Source of the DNA: Octopus vulgaris
Lineage: Eukaryota
DNA length: 64,000 bases
Assembly: GCA_951406725.2 (NCBI GenBank)
Contig: OX597835.1
Coordinates: forward strand, 7,874,001 to 7,938,000
Reading direction: 5' to 3'
Position numbers and translations under genes: made by a program
The notes under the pieces: model-generated
Told to the model about the DNA's origin: nothing
Databases searched by the model: none
Seen by the model: only the letters and a program-made list of their open reading frames with translations
In this document: positions 1 to 13,033 of the stretch, one piece after another
How positions within the stretch are numbered: position 1 is the stretch's first letter
Layout: the number at the start of each line of letters is the position of its first letter

Positions 1-20
1 ACACACATATATGTACTAAC

Positions 21-78
<58 letters not shown>
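21..78. repeat. (GA)n microsatellite
   Basis: Direct reading of the tract. Confidence 0.95.
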
Positions 79-83
<5 letters not shown>

Positions 84-220
84 TGGATTAAATAAGTGGA
101 TGAATGCAAACGAGGAGGTCCACAGATGACAGAAAACTAATAAATAATTGCCGATTTGTGTGTATATAATAGTATGGCACAATTCTAAATCTGCAAAGTT
201 ACCCAGCTATGTGTGCATGT

Positions 221-221
<1 letters not shown>

Positions 222-312
<91 letters not shown>
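222..312. repeat. (CTAT)n microsatellite
   Basis: Direct reading. The same unit occurs at ~1860-1938, 25572-25910 and 36472-36750. Confidence 0.95.
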
Positions 313-489
313 GAATTAATATAAACAGCTAGATAAAATATAATGCCATAACGGAAAATAAAAATTGTCAGTAAATGTACTTCAGGGTGCTGAATCACTT
401 ACATTGCTACAAATAATAGTTAAAAACAGTTAATACTTTTAACTTTATACACCGACAGGGAAGATATCCTCCCAGTGTGTGCACATGCA

Positions 490-885
<396 letters not shown>

Positions 886-927
886 AGAAAGCTGGTGTGT
901 GAGAGCACGTGGTTGGATTTATAAAAA

Positions 928-1090
928 ATAGTAAAGAGTGAAAAAACTACAGAAGGCTTGTTTTATAAGTTTTGATTCGTTACGTTAGAAAAATGTTATA
1001 CCAAATTTTATAACATTTTTCTAACATAACGTCTTAAATATATTCTTTAACCTTATAAAACAAGCCTTGTGTATTTTTTTCACTCTTTTC

Positions 1091-1093
<3 letters not shown>
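928..1093. repeat. Nested inverted repeat (fold-back) within a short insert between (TA)n tracts
   Basis: Outer arms atagtaaagagtgaaaaaactacagaaggcttgttttataag / cttataaaacaagccttgtgtattttttcactcttttctat. Inner arms cgttacgttagaaaaatgttata / tataacatttttctaacataacg. Confidence 0.8.
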
Positions 1094-1136
<43 letters not shown>

Positions 1137-1206
1137 ACAAACATGATAAGACAACAATAGAATGAAAGAAACCTCGATATTATGTAAATCGATATTATGT
1201 AATGAA

Positions 1207-1436
1207 GGTGGCGATCTAGCAGAAACGTTAGCACGCTAGGCGAAATGCTTAGCAGTATTCGGCTGCCGTTACGTTGTGAGTTCAAATTCCGCCGAGGTCG
1301 ACTTTGCCTTTCATCCTTTCGGGGTCGGTAAATTAAGTACCAGTTACACACTGGAGTCGATGTAATCGACTTAATACCCATGTCTGTCCTTGTTTGTCCC
1401 CTCTATGTTTAGCCCCTTGTGGGTAATAAAGAAATG
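1207..1436 (+). mobile_element. tRNA-derived SINE, family A
   Basis: tRNA-like head with B box gagttcaaattcc, core gactttgcctttcatcctttcggggtcg (resembles the Meta/MESC SINE core as I recall it) and tail aaagaaat. More than 10 copies in the window. Confidence 0.9.
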
Positions 1437-1869
1437 GTTATTATGTAAATCATTCTAGACAACACATTTTCTGCACTATAGGAAGGGAGATAATCTAAAC
1501 CATACGATCTCATCTATTCTTTTCAGCCGACACTAAAGGTTTGTATAAAAAACCAAGGTTAACTTAGCCTAAATCTACTTTCTTCATTATTTTTCAGTAA
1601 ATCTCCACCGGAAATCGTTTACGTAGGATAAATAAAATGGAAGACAGGTGGATATTCACATTTAATGCATGAGTGTCTTAAATAAAAGAGTGCACCAGTT
1701 GAACAGGTTTTTACTACAGATTTGAAAGACCGTCGTCGTTGTTATTCTGATATTCGATCATCTTTCACTCTTTTCATTCTATATATTTATTTAACAATGG
1801 TACATTAAACAAAATATGTGTGCATCCGTGTAAGTTTATTGTATATCTAACTATCATTCTATCTATCAT

Positions 1870-1938
<69 letters not shown>

Positions 1939-1954
1939 ACATACATACATACAT

Positions 1955-2510
1955 GGTGGCTGCCCCCTCGTTATCGAGTATGGCCATTGCACGAAACTTA
2001 ATCAATATTGTTATCGTGCAATGCCTGTGCAAGAAGATTTTTTTTTTAAGTGAGGAAAGGCTGTGCACTGAGTCAATCCCACTCACTAAGCAACAGCAGC
2101 CATAATCCGAAAAGAAGAACAAGTCAACATCATCGGTAACCACTGAGCCGCAGGTTTTATGTCGGAGTTATCCCAGTTACCTGAGTCACCTTCTCCTAGA
2201 AGGATGCCCTAACAAAGGCTAGGAGTCCTTCGCTCCCAATGGTTTAACCGCGCGATAGGGTATTCAGTCCGAATATTTCTATGTCCCCGCGCATGATACA
2301 TCCTTAAGACATTTATTGGATGGCCGTTGACTCTCAAGAGTTCCTCTGCCCTTTGACGGGTTTTGTTTTTCATCCCGCAGGGTGTCCAATAAACACCGTC
2401 CTCACCAAGCAAGCTGGTTGGGGTTACCAATTTAGTCGCCGACGACCCGACCATGCAACAAGTTGTACTGGGTTACATGTTACTAGAAACACTCGAAAGT
2501 GACCTGACAT
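1955..2510 (-). mobile_element. RTE-derived non-autonomous (bipartite) retroelement
   Basis: Minus strand has an RTE 5'UTR-like motif (ggcatccttctaggagaaggtgactc...ataaaacc) and an RTE-like 3' end followed by an (ATGT)n tail. No RT ORF lies between them. Confidence 0.5.
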
Positions 2511-3534
2511 AATACGCTATATATTTTAAACATAAATCTTGAATAATTTAGGGTTATCGTTTTGTATATACGAATCTAAACACTGCTTAATGAATTGTGC
2601 TTACAGTTTCTATCTTTGAAGATTTTATTACTGAGAAGATTGTGAGCTGCATCCATATCCTCCTCATTATTTCTGAGACCGGTAGCTTTGAAGTTGATGT
2701 TTCATTTACATTATTGCATGTCGTCGATAGCAAGAGAGTTTTCTTGTGATCTGGAGTTCTGGAGCGGACGGACTGTACGTAAAGTTTAGTGCAGGTCCGG
2801 TGAGTAAAGTTGCTATGAATGTGGAACGGAGGTGAGAGAACTGGACAGAGAGGGTCAGAAGGAGGTGAAGTGAGACCATCCAGATCTGAAGGGTAGAAAC
2901 CTTCTATCTGCCGTCTATTTCATAACACATTGTCTTGGTTCATAGAGTAAAAAGTGTCAACGTTTTTCGTACGATTTCGCCCTGCGTTGAGGTTTGATAC
3001 AGTTTACTTTCAGCTCGAACACCTACATATCAATATATGTAGAAAAGGAAATAAACAGATGGAAGTAATTGCTAGATTTCTGACGTTTTATGAGAGGCAA
3101 AGTGGTTAGTGCCAGACCTTAGAGTGAAACACAAACCTGAGGTTTTGTGATATGCAGCTATATATTTCAAAGACACGGGCAGTAGCGACATAATAACAGT
3201 CGTCCAGGTAGATTATACTTCACAGATTTAATTTACCCGTGTTAGTTGCTAAAAATTAACACGTACATATGGTACTATGTGTGTCAGTGCATGCGTGCGT
3301 GTGGATGGGCCTGGTTTTTTAAAACCATAAACAGGTTTTATTTTAGGTCACATAAGTAACATTGTCAATTTAGTTTGCTACGTGGACAATAACCTTATAT
3401 ATTGACAAAACATATCATAGTTCGAATCACTGAATGTCTTCAAACAAATATAAGATATTCGTAAGGCAGCAAACAATTTCAAAGTCATTGCATAGAAATG
3501 CTTATAATAATGCTTTTAAAGATTATTACAAATA

Positions 3535-4182
3535 CGAAGGGAAGTAAAAAATTATCTACACATTCGCCATAACATATTTTTTACTGTTACAATGCATTCA
3601 ACGCATGCGTGCTTGTAGTTGGTACTATTGTGCTCACGCTATCGAAGTTTCAGCCTGAATTCGTCATTTTTCTTTCTGGCTTTACAGTGGAAGCATGGCC
3701 GCTCCACAAGCAATGTGCACCAAAGAAGAATGGTCCAAGAGATGGTCATGGTGAACCGGTTTACCATTACCATCTCTTAAGCTTACTGAATATTTTCGTC
3801 AGTAATGGAGGTTGACGGGTGTCCGACACCCTCTTCGTGCATCATGCTTGTCCAGCCCCTTTTAAACTTCTCGATCCACCCATACACACTTCTACGCGGT
3901 AGTGCCCTGTCCCCGTATTCTGCTAAAAGCCTCCGATGAATTTCAGCACCTGACACAGCTTTCGAGCAGAGAAATCAGATCACTGCCCTTTGTTCTTCTT
4001 TGGTGCACATTGCTAGTGGAGCTTCCACTATAAAGCCAGAAAGAAAAATGGCGCGATCAGGTTGAAACTTCGTTCACGTGACTGCAACAGTACAAACTAT
4101 AAGCACGCATGTGCAGAAGGTACTGACACAGTAATAAAGATAAGTTATGGCGAAAGTGCAGATACCTTTTGACTTCCCCTCT
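3535..4182. mobile_element. Mariner-derived fold-back element made of two inverted left ends
   Basis: TA-flanked termini cgaagggaagtaaaaa / ttttgacttcccctct and ~200-bp imperfect inverted arms. Minus strand reads APLAMCTKEEQRAVI*FLCSKAVSGAEIHRRLLAEYGDRALPRRSVYGWIEKF, a mariner transposase N-terminus. Confidence 0.8.
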
Positions 4183-4217
4183 TACATGTATTATATGTAT
4201 CTTTAGAGACAAGGCCT

Positions 4218-4224
4218 AATAATA

Positions 4225-4315
<91 letters not shown>

Positions 4316-4325
4316 TAATAATAAT
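4218..4325. repeat. (AAT)n microsatellite
   Basis: Direct reading. Confidence 0.95.
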
Positions 4326-4349
4326 ATATCTATGTATGTATACGTAATT

Positions 4350-5130
4350 TACAGGTCCATCCGATCCATCCCTCCCCACTCTCGTCCATCCTGGGTCCTT
4401 CCCTTGCTCCAGATCCTGTTGCCACACCCGTCAATTCATTACCAATAGCACCTCGCTCACTGGAACCAACCAATACATTTTCACATCCGGGACTCTTTCT
4501 CTTGTATCTCTTCTAACCATCCTCTATTGACTCTTCATATGTTTCTCAGTCTGGCTGTCGTCCAGCCGATAGATTAACAGAACAACTTCGGATTATCCGC
4601 CATCGCCTGTCATTCTTCCACTCCCAACCACTCCACCCAACACATCACAGGCTTCGGAACCATCACTACTATACTTCAGGAGGCGCAATGGCCCAGTGGT
4701 TAGGACAGCGGACTCGCGGTCATAGGATCGCGGTTTCGATTCCCAGACCGGGCGTTGTGAGTGTTTATTGAGCGAAAACACCTAAAAGCTCCACGAGGCT
4801 CCGGCAGGGGATGGTGGTGATCCCTGCTGTACTCTTTCACCACAAATTTCTCTCACTCTTTCTTCCTGTTTCTGTTGTACCTGTATTTCAAAGGGCCGGC
4901 CTTGTCACTCTCTGTGTCACGCTGAATATCCCCGAGTACTACGTTAAGGGTACACGTGTCTGTGGAGTGCTCAGCCACTTACACGTTAATTTCACGAGCA
5001 GGCGTTCCGTTGGTCGGATCAACCGGAACACTCATCGTCGTAACCGACGGAGTGCTTCCACACACACACACTGTACTTCACCAAGAACAACACTACATTC
5101 TCACACCACGCATTATCCCTCTTGTAATAT
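4350..5130 (+). pseudogene. Penelope-like element remnant (GIY-YIG endonuclease region), interrupted by a SINE
   Basis: Translates with frameshifts as GSFPCSRSCCHTRQFITNSTSLTG...IRDSFSCISSN, matching the Cys motif upstream of PLE GIY-YIG domains. An HQEQ-like segment resumes after the SINE. Confidence 0.55.
4679..5060 (+). mobile_element. tRNA-derived SINE, family B (long-tail subfamily)
   Basis: A box tggcccagtgg, B box ggtttcgattccc, near-identical to 34982-35366(-) and 51220-51602(+). TSD actatacttca / actgtacttca. Confidence 0.92.
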
Positions 5131-5421
5131 TTTTCCAACTTCATTTCCCATTATATACATTTTAATTAAAAGAGTAATAAAGAAATTGAACATATTTAAT
5201 TATATTTAATTCATGTTTTAAAATAATATTTTTGAATTTTGATTTTTTGATTTTTTTAGATAAACTTTTTTTAAAGTTTAAAATTTTTCATTGAATGTAA
5301 TTTTCTTTTTTTTATTAATATTTTAAGCTTTGAATTTATTTAATTTTGAATTTTTTATTTAGTTTCACACACTTCAACACACCCATATACATGACTTACG
5401 CCCTCACTTACAACATACATA

Positions 5422-5825
5422 CAGGGGTTGGACAAAATAATGGTAACACCTAGCATCATAGCATCATAATCTTGAAATATCTATAAGACCTTCAAAAGCT
5501 TGTTTATTTTTATGTTTTATGTTTTATTATTATTGTTGCTTAATATATTCTGCTAAAATTGCTGTTTCTTTTCAGAAATCATCAGAAAAAAAGGTAATTA
5601 AAAATCATTAAAATGACAGATCTATCGGACTTTCATAGAAGTCAAATTGTTGGTGCACATATAGCAGGCGCTAGTGTAACGAAAGCAGCTGAAATGTTTG
5701 GTGCATCAAGAAGTACTGTCTCGAAAGTAATGACAGCCTTTGAGAAAGAGGGAAAAACCTCCTCGTCGAAACAAAACTCCGGAAGAAAACGAAAACTTTC
5801 AGATAGAGACTGTCGGACTCTTCCG
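5422..5825 (+). mobile_element. Tc1-family transposon left end with truncated transposase
   Basis: TA followed by TIR caggggttggacaaaataatgg. ORF 5613-5849 encodes a paired-like HTH and GRKRKLS (GRPR-type) motif. The catalytic domain is missing. Confidence 0.85.
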
Positions 5826-8212
5826 CCAATTTCGGTGAGATTTTGTTAATGTTTTCCAATAAATCTGCCGGTACCTTCTTGCTTCCATTTGCTCCCCATC
5901 TTTATAAATAGATGAAAGTTGACTAATGTGAGGAAGTACTTCCTGTTCGCAGACTTTCCTCTGATTTTCATGTTGCAGGAGATAGCATTCTTTGTCTTCT
6001 TCAGTTGAAACTAGGAGAGAATGACAAGTGGGACTTAGATTCTGCCAATGAGGAATGAGGTGATTTTTTCATTACGGTTCTAGAGTTGTACCTGATGTCA
6101 TCTTAAAATCTTCAACTTACCTGATTTAGTTTCAGTTATTTTTCTTTTAAACTTTCTTGAAAGAAAATCCTTAAATGGATTTTTATTGACTGAAGTGTAA
6201 CAACGGGGCCATTTTGCTAGGATATTGGGTTTCAAGGTCTTCCTCTAAGCGCTTCTAACAGAGTACAATTTCAGTATTGTATTGTGGTTTCGGGGTCATG
6301 ATGGACGTAACTTTCGGTGATATGTGGTTTCATGGAATGGTGAGAATGATTCCAAATCGCCACAAATCGATGAAAGTTACGTCTTCATTGACCAACTGCC
6401 CATATATTCTTACATAAATTTGACCAATAACCAAGGGGCGATGTGATCAAATTCTAAGCCCAGTATTTTTTTCCTTCCCAAATGTTATCCATCATTTTCT
6501 CCTCACAAATACGTCGCCTTTCCTTTGCTATTAAATACTTTTTACTTTTTGCATTTTATTTTATTATTCCACATCAAGCTTCTGAACAATTTAATACAAA
6601 CGTACTGAAAATAATGCGCATAATTTGCTATTACAAAATTTGATTATTATTTAAATTTTAGCTTTTTCCTATAATGAACGACTCGTATGAAAAATTAAAC
6701 TTTTAAGTATATGTTTTATGTTCTGAAATACTTTTACTTCACAGAATCGTTTATTAAATTTCTGATGCATAATAGTTTGGAAATATTTAACTCAATATAC
6801 TTCAGTCAACGTCACAAAATTTATTTTCATGGAGATCGTTTACAATGTTCACGCGATCTTTAGCAAAAAATTAACAGTCCAAAAGAAACGCTCAATAATA
6901 TTTAATGATTGAACACAAAGTTTGAACGAGGTTTATCGGTGCATTAAAGTAATTAATGGAAAATCCAAAACATTAGCAACGTGCGACTTTGTTTTAATCT
7001 TTTATTTTAAGCAATAAATTAGAATTTCAATCGTTGTTCGAAAGGTAAGATTAAGATAAAATAAAATAAAATAAAAACACTGACGCCATTATCAAACGAA
7101 CAGTCTTGACATTTTCGTATCGGTGCCATGTTGTTTTATTTTCATCACTCATTCCCATTCTTCTGAAATATAAGAATGAAACATTTTTTCTATTGTGGGG
7201 TAGGTAATCGAAGAGTGAAGATTAACACCCGAGTCCTTCTTTGGGGTTCACAAAAGGAAATATATCAAGAAGGAAACCGTCCACTCGTTAATTTGTGCAG
7301 AAGGCAGCAGTAGATCAATACCAGAAGGAGTGGGCAAAAAAGAAAAACGACTCTGGTCTTGGAGAAGAATGAATTCCTTAATAAAAACAAAAAAATACGT
7401 TCGTGATATTTGAAGTAAGAATATAGCTTAAACTTACGTCCTCCCATGTTGTGATCCACATCAGGCAGAAAGCTTCTGCCCGTGTGGTCGACATACTGCA
7501 GTTCTCTCTCCTCTATGATCACAATGGGTATCAGAATGCCCCGTAAAAACACTACAACCGCCAAAGAAACAAATGAATATCTATAAGAGCCTCGGTGAGA
7601 CAGCACTGAAGATGGTCCCTATAAGAAGAATTCTAACCCTAACCCTAACTCTGCGCAAGAAAATAACTGTATCTATATGTAATTAAGAATGACTAGTTTA
7701 CACGGAAGGTAACTTCGTTGCATTTATAATGGACATGAAAAGAAAAATTAACAGAAATTACACCAAATTATGTTCGGGAAATTTCAATATCAACTCGGTC
7801 GTCGTGAGTAACGAGTTTATTTTAAAATAAAAATTTAAAAAAAGGAATAAAAAATTATGTATATTTGGCAATCGTTTTGATCTGGGATTATATGATGAAA
7901 CAGAAAGAAACATGAGCGTTGAAGTAGAGTTTACCTTGCTACAATGAAAAGAAAGGTGAATAATGTATCGATGAATGGTGGTCTTACTTTTCTATGTACA
8001 TAAACTTCAAACATAACATTGACGCGCATCGAAGCGAAAAATCGATAAGGAATTTCCATCGATTTCACTATGAGTAGTCAGTTATTCAATTGACTGAACT
8101 ACTGTATTTCCCTGATTGATTCAGCGTCACAAGATGGAAAATTAGTTTACACGCAGTGTCTGTCGATTTCCACAGAATTCTGTCTACCAAATTTCAGTCA
8201 CAGTAATTTGGT

Positions 8213-8298
8213 AGTCTTTTACCAAAGCTTCGAGTATATTCACGCAGATGGATCGAATGTATCCATCTGCGTGAATATACTGGAATCTTTGGTAAAAG

Positions 8299-8301
<3 letters not shown>
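8213..8301. repeat. Near-perfect hairpin (41-bp arms, 2 mismatches, 7-nt loop)
   Basis: agtcttttaccaaagcttcgagtatattcacgcagatggat-cgaatgt-atccatctgcgtgaatatactggaatctttggtaaaagact. Confidence 0.9.
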
Positions 8302-8354
<53 letters not shown>

Positions 8355-8435
8355 TTTTTTTTCAACATGTGACCTTGTGAGCACCGCCAACAATTTTTTT
8401 CCTCTGTCTTCTCTTCTGATCTTTCCTTCTCCTTT

Positions 8436-8470
8436 GTTTCCGACGAAGAGCTCCGCTCGAAACGTTAAAC
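8436..8470 (+). ncRNA. Minimal type I hammerhead ribozyme motif in a Penelope-type short element (~8356-8575)
   Basis: gttt-CCGACGA-a-gagc(tcc)gctc-GAAA-c-GTT-aaac. Stem I gttt/aaac, stem II gagc/gctc, loopless palindromic stem III. An identical motif is at 39242-39276(-). Confidence 0.7.
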
Positions 8471-8600
8471 CCTCCTTCTTCCCTTCTTTCCTGAGCGTCC
8501 AATAATACTTTATTTGTTCCACGTCATCGCGTTGCTGTGTTTTTTTTTTGTGTTTTCTTGTTTGGATTAACTTTATATATATATATATATATATATACAT

Positions 8601-8636
<36 letters not shown>

Positions 8637-9679
8637 GACAGTATCCGACGACGACCACCAAGGCTGAGCGGGCAGAGTCGTTATACATATGTATGTCTGT
8701 TTGTTTGTTTGTGTGTGTGAAACGAAACCTGGGTGACAGCCATGGCTCTGAGCGATCATAGTGCAAACTTATGAAACACGTCTGGATTTGTCTGTATTTG
8801 TTTTGCAAGGCATGAAATAAATCTTTAAGATAATAAGAAGTAAACAGGTTAAGCAAAATACTTGAAAGCTCGAATAAAAGCTAAGTGTGGATTAGAAGTG
8901 AATCGAAAGAGGAAAACCGGAAGCACGCCATGTTGAAATCGAGAAAGTCTTAAAAACGTCAGCTTGTGACGTAAAACGCAAACTTATTAATTAGTCGCCA
9001 ATTAGAATGAAGAAAACAGAAACGTATTGAGATCTATCGATTAAGGTTTAAATACATTGATTTATTTTGCTAAATATTAATCTAAACGCTTCGATAGAAA
9101 GGAAACACGGGTTGAATATTGCAGATTGATTATGTTTCTTAGAAGACAATTACTTGTATAATGATTGATTTATCTTAGGGTCTCAATATACTCGCACACA
9201 AAGGGCGCACAGTCACACACACACACACACATCTAGCTTACGCACACTTGTACACACGCGTATAAATATATAAATACGCTCCATCACGCACACGTATTTG
9301 AAGTACAATGACGTGTCACAACGGAAAGTGACCAAAACAGAGCTGGTCTATCAGATACGGTGTCACCGAACAAGAAATGTTTAAATTGTTAGAAACAGCA
9401 ATAAAGTGCCCTTAAAACCAGATTAATTGCCTTTAAATAAATGAGGACACATTGAAGAATATTGTCCAAGAAAAGTTCCGTGTAAAATTTAGACTGGATG
9501 ATCACGGTTGAACTGGGGTGAAGTACAACAATAATTGAGAGAGAAAGAGGGAGAGAATATGTATATGTGTGTGCTTTAATAAAGAACTTTACACACTATT
9601 TCCTCTGTGTGCGTTGGTTTTCATTACTGATTTCTGCGTTTTTTGTAAGCACGAGTGCATGTGTGTGCGCGCCTTCGTA

Positions 9680-9711
<32 letters not shown>

Positions 9712-9825
9712 TATCTGTTTAAAAGAGAGAGAAATAATCTTCCGTACTGATACATTATTTAAAGGACGAAAAGCAAAGTTGACCACGAAGGGATCCGAAC
9801 TCAGAATGCAGCGCGCCAATAAGAA

Positions 9826-10015
9826 TACCTATTTCTTTACTACACACAAGGGGTTAAACAGAGAGAGGACAAACAAAGACAGACAAACAAACGGATTAAG
9901 TCGATTATATCGATCCCAGTGCGTAACTTGTACTTAATTTATCGACCCCCGAAAGGATGAAAGGCAAAGTCGACCTCGGCGGAATTTGAACTCAGAACGT
10001 TGCGGCAGACGAAAT
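9826..10015 (-). mobile_element. SINE family A copy
   Basis: Reverse complement of the family A body and tail. Confidence 0.85.
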
Positions 10016-10238
10016 AAGCGCGCCAGAAAGAATACCGCAAGGTTATTTATCCGACACTCTAGCGGCTCCGTTAATACAATATCAGTGATGAGAAAAGGAA
10101 AACCAAGTGGGTGGTGAGTGTTACAGTTTAGTTGCTGATCCAGAAAGCTGGAAGACAATAGGAACGGAAAGAGGATTTTGATAATGGCTTCTGCAAGAAA
10201 CAATAAATATCTTCGTTTATCTTGAGACATGATCGTAA

Positions 10239-10627
10239 TCTCTCTCTATATAAACGGCAGTTTGTCTGTCTGCGTGTCTGTGTGTCTGTTAGGTTGTACC
10301 CTCACCCTGACCACGGCTTTCAACCGATTCTGATGAAACTTGACACACACATAGCCCAATGTCATAATTCAAAACTAGCGCAGCAAAAATTTTGAAAAGT
10401 TCCCCCAGTTCTGAAAAAAAATCGATAAATTCGTCATGGGGTCGAGAATCAGAAACACAAACCACAGACTGTCTAGGGGACGCAACTCGACCTTTTTAAC
10501 TCTCAAAAAAGAATTTACCATAATTTTTTTTTTTTCCATTTTTTGCTATTTTTTGGCTATAACTCTCTAAAAATGCTTTATAGTTATTTCCCTTACAAAC
10601 CCGAGCAACGCCGGGCGATACTGCTAG
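10239..10627 (+). mobile_element. Non-autonomous Helitron
   Basis: A|TC 5' end, subterminal hairpin cccgagcaacgccggg, CTAG|T 3' end, no TSD. Its 3' end is shared with four other copies. Confidence 0.88.
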
Positions 10628-11811
10628 TTCACAGATAAATTTCACTAGCAACATTTAACTGATTAACCTTATTTTTAAACTCAAGTCTCATATACGACAC
10701 TCGTATTTTTTCTGAATAATTTTATTATTTCTAAAAACGTTTATTGTTTCTAAATATTTTCCACATTCACTGTAAATTTGCAATAAACGTCATATTAGAA
10801 ATGTGAGTAGGAATAATGGAAAACAGAGCATAAAAATTACAAATTCAATCGATTACTTTATCGCTGGCAACTGTTTCTATTCCAACTGTTAAAAATATCT
10901 CAAAAGACATTACTCTGTTCAATTAAAAACAAAAAAATTCTGTTGACTTTTACACAGGTCTTGTCATGAGCTTCAGCAATAAACCAAGTTTTTCAATGTT
11001 TGAGCATCCAGTGGAACAGAACATTTCAACTTAAGTTCCGTCACAGAACATTGGAAACTTCAAGATCACTAGGATTATTTTTCAAAAGGTTGTTTAAAAT
11101 CCCAGTTTTCTGAGCTTTTAGTACAATTTGCTCTATTTAGATGCTATAATTTTGAAAATTGACTCATCGGCTTCCTAATTGATTGTTACCACATTTTTCA
11201 AAGACAGTATTAACTCAAACTAAATGATAATCTGCTATATGTCCTTAATCTTTGGACGAGCTACCATTCAAGATTGCCTTTTGTAATAGTAAACGTACGA
11301 GACATAATGATTAGAACATTTCCCAGTGGCTCCAGTCCGATCTAAGGCAATAAAGACAAGCCTCCTTATGGATAAAGACGATTCATTAATTGTCTTACAT
11401 CATGAAAGATGTTATTCGTATAGTAGTGGTGCTACAGATCAAATACATTGCCATGGTTATAGCTAAGAGCAACTTTCTGCTGACATAAGGATTAATACCA
11501 TATTGACGCAAACATTCAATTGGATTTTTTTGTTGTTGTCCGTGAGAAATAAATATTGGCGTATCATTTGATTAAGTACAGACGCCCGATATTTTAAAAG
11601 AATGATATGTTATAACGATTATAACTCTCAATAATACAAATTAGAATGCAAACTAGTCCAACAATTAGAAGTATCTTAAGAGTTTTGATTTCTAGTTAAA
11701 TTTATATCAATCGGGAATTGGATGTCATCAGAAATCGAAATCATAAATCATAATCAGAACTTCAGTAGGTAAAAAAATACTTAGCGCTTCAACTCTTTCC
11801 ATGAATACATA

Positions 11812-12140
11812 CAGTAATCCCTCGCCTACATCATCATCATCATTCATCATTGTTCGACCGTGGTCGAGACAATGGAATTTACCATGCTACGCCAGACTTC
11901 ACGGTCCATCATGGCATTGCGGAGGTCCTGTTGCTGGATGCCTGTATCCCTGGAGATTACATCAGGGTAGGAGAGTGTGCGCCCTCTGGTATTGCGAGTA
12001 GATGGCTTCCAGAGGAGAAGGGTGGAAATTACCTCTTTTTCAGCTCTACAACAATGTAGAGTACTGTTTCTACTTCGCGGATTTTCACTTATCGCGGCGG
12101 GGTTTGGAACGTAACACCCACGATAGTCGAAGGCTTATTG
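11812..12140. mobile_element. pogo/Tigger-like MITE interrupted by an RTE fragment
   Basis: TA followed by cagtaatccctcgccta at the left. Degenerate inverted copy cgatagtcgaaggcttattg at the right. Confidence 0.55.
11829..12057 (-). mobile_element. 5'-truncated RTE-clade LINE 3' end
   Basis: Open frame HCCRAEKEVISTLLLWKPSTRNTRGRTLSYPDVISRDTGIQQQDLRNAMMDREVWRSMVNSIVSTTVEQ* followed by a (TGA)n tail, a typical RTE C-terminus. Confidence 0.85.
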
Positions 12141-12557
12141 GATTCATATATCGATTTCGTACATCGGAAAGAGGTTATCGATTTGTAAATAAGAGCCGTC
12201 GGTGATTGATTCACTTTCTGTATATTTATTCATCAGCTTCATTTGAATAAAAAGAAAAAGGAAAACTTATTCTTTTCTGGCTGGATTTAAATTCAGGATG
12301 CAGATAGATAAAGCTAAATACTGCCAGGTATTCCCATAGCGTTCTTTAATTCCCGACAACATTCGCTACTTTCCAATATAAACACTTATTAATATTGGGG
12401 CGTAAAGTATAGGAGAGAATAGCTGATGTTTTTAATAACGTAAATTGTGAATATATCAAGTAAAAAATGACACCTGGTTATTAAGTACGATTGAACAGAA
12501 AAGAGTGCTGTAGAATTATTACTAGATGCTGTATACAAATGGATGGTGGATAGGCTA

Positions 12558-12560
12558 TAT

Positions 12561-12625
<65 letters not shown>

Positions 12626-12712
12626 GATATATATATATATATATACAGACATATATATATATACATAAATATATATATACATACACATATATATATATAT
12701 ACATACACACAC

Positions 12713-12744
<32 letters not shown>

Positions 12745-12808
12745 GTATATACAGACATATATATATATATATATACATACATATATATATATATATATAC
12801 ATACATAC

Positions 12809-12871
<63 letters not shown>

Positions 12872-12998
12872 CATACACATATATATATGTACGTAATACA
12901 TACATACATGTGTACAAATATATATGTATATATATATGCATATATACTTTATATATCCCATTGATCCGTAAATATATATATATATATATATGTGTGTG

Positions 12999-13032
<34 letters not shown>
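12558..13032. repeat. Compound (TA)n/(CA)n/(TG)n microsatellite
   Basis: Direct reading. Confidence 0.93.

Positions 13033-13033
<1 letters not shown>

Noticed and set aside
4679-4750. Genuine tRNA genes at SINE heads
   Set aside because: A and B boxes are present but there is no complete cloverleaf, and they are always fused to a SINE body.
7633-7650. Telomeric repeat ctaaccctaaccctaac
   Set aside because: It has under three units, too short to call an interstitial telomere.
10330-10345. CTGATGA inside the Helitron as a hammerhead
   Set aside because: There is no stem II/GAAA/NUH arrangement.
10940-11560. Decayed coding-like sequence on the minus strand (GNVLIIMSR)
   Set aside because: It has many stops and I could not assign a family.
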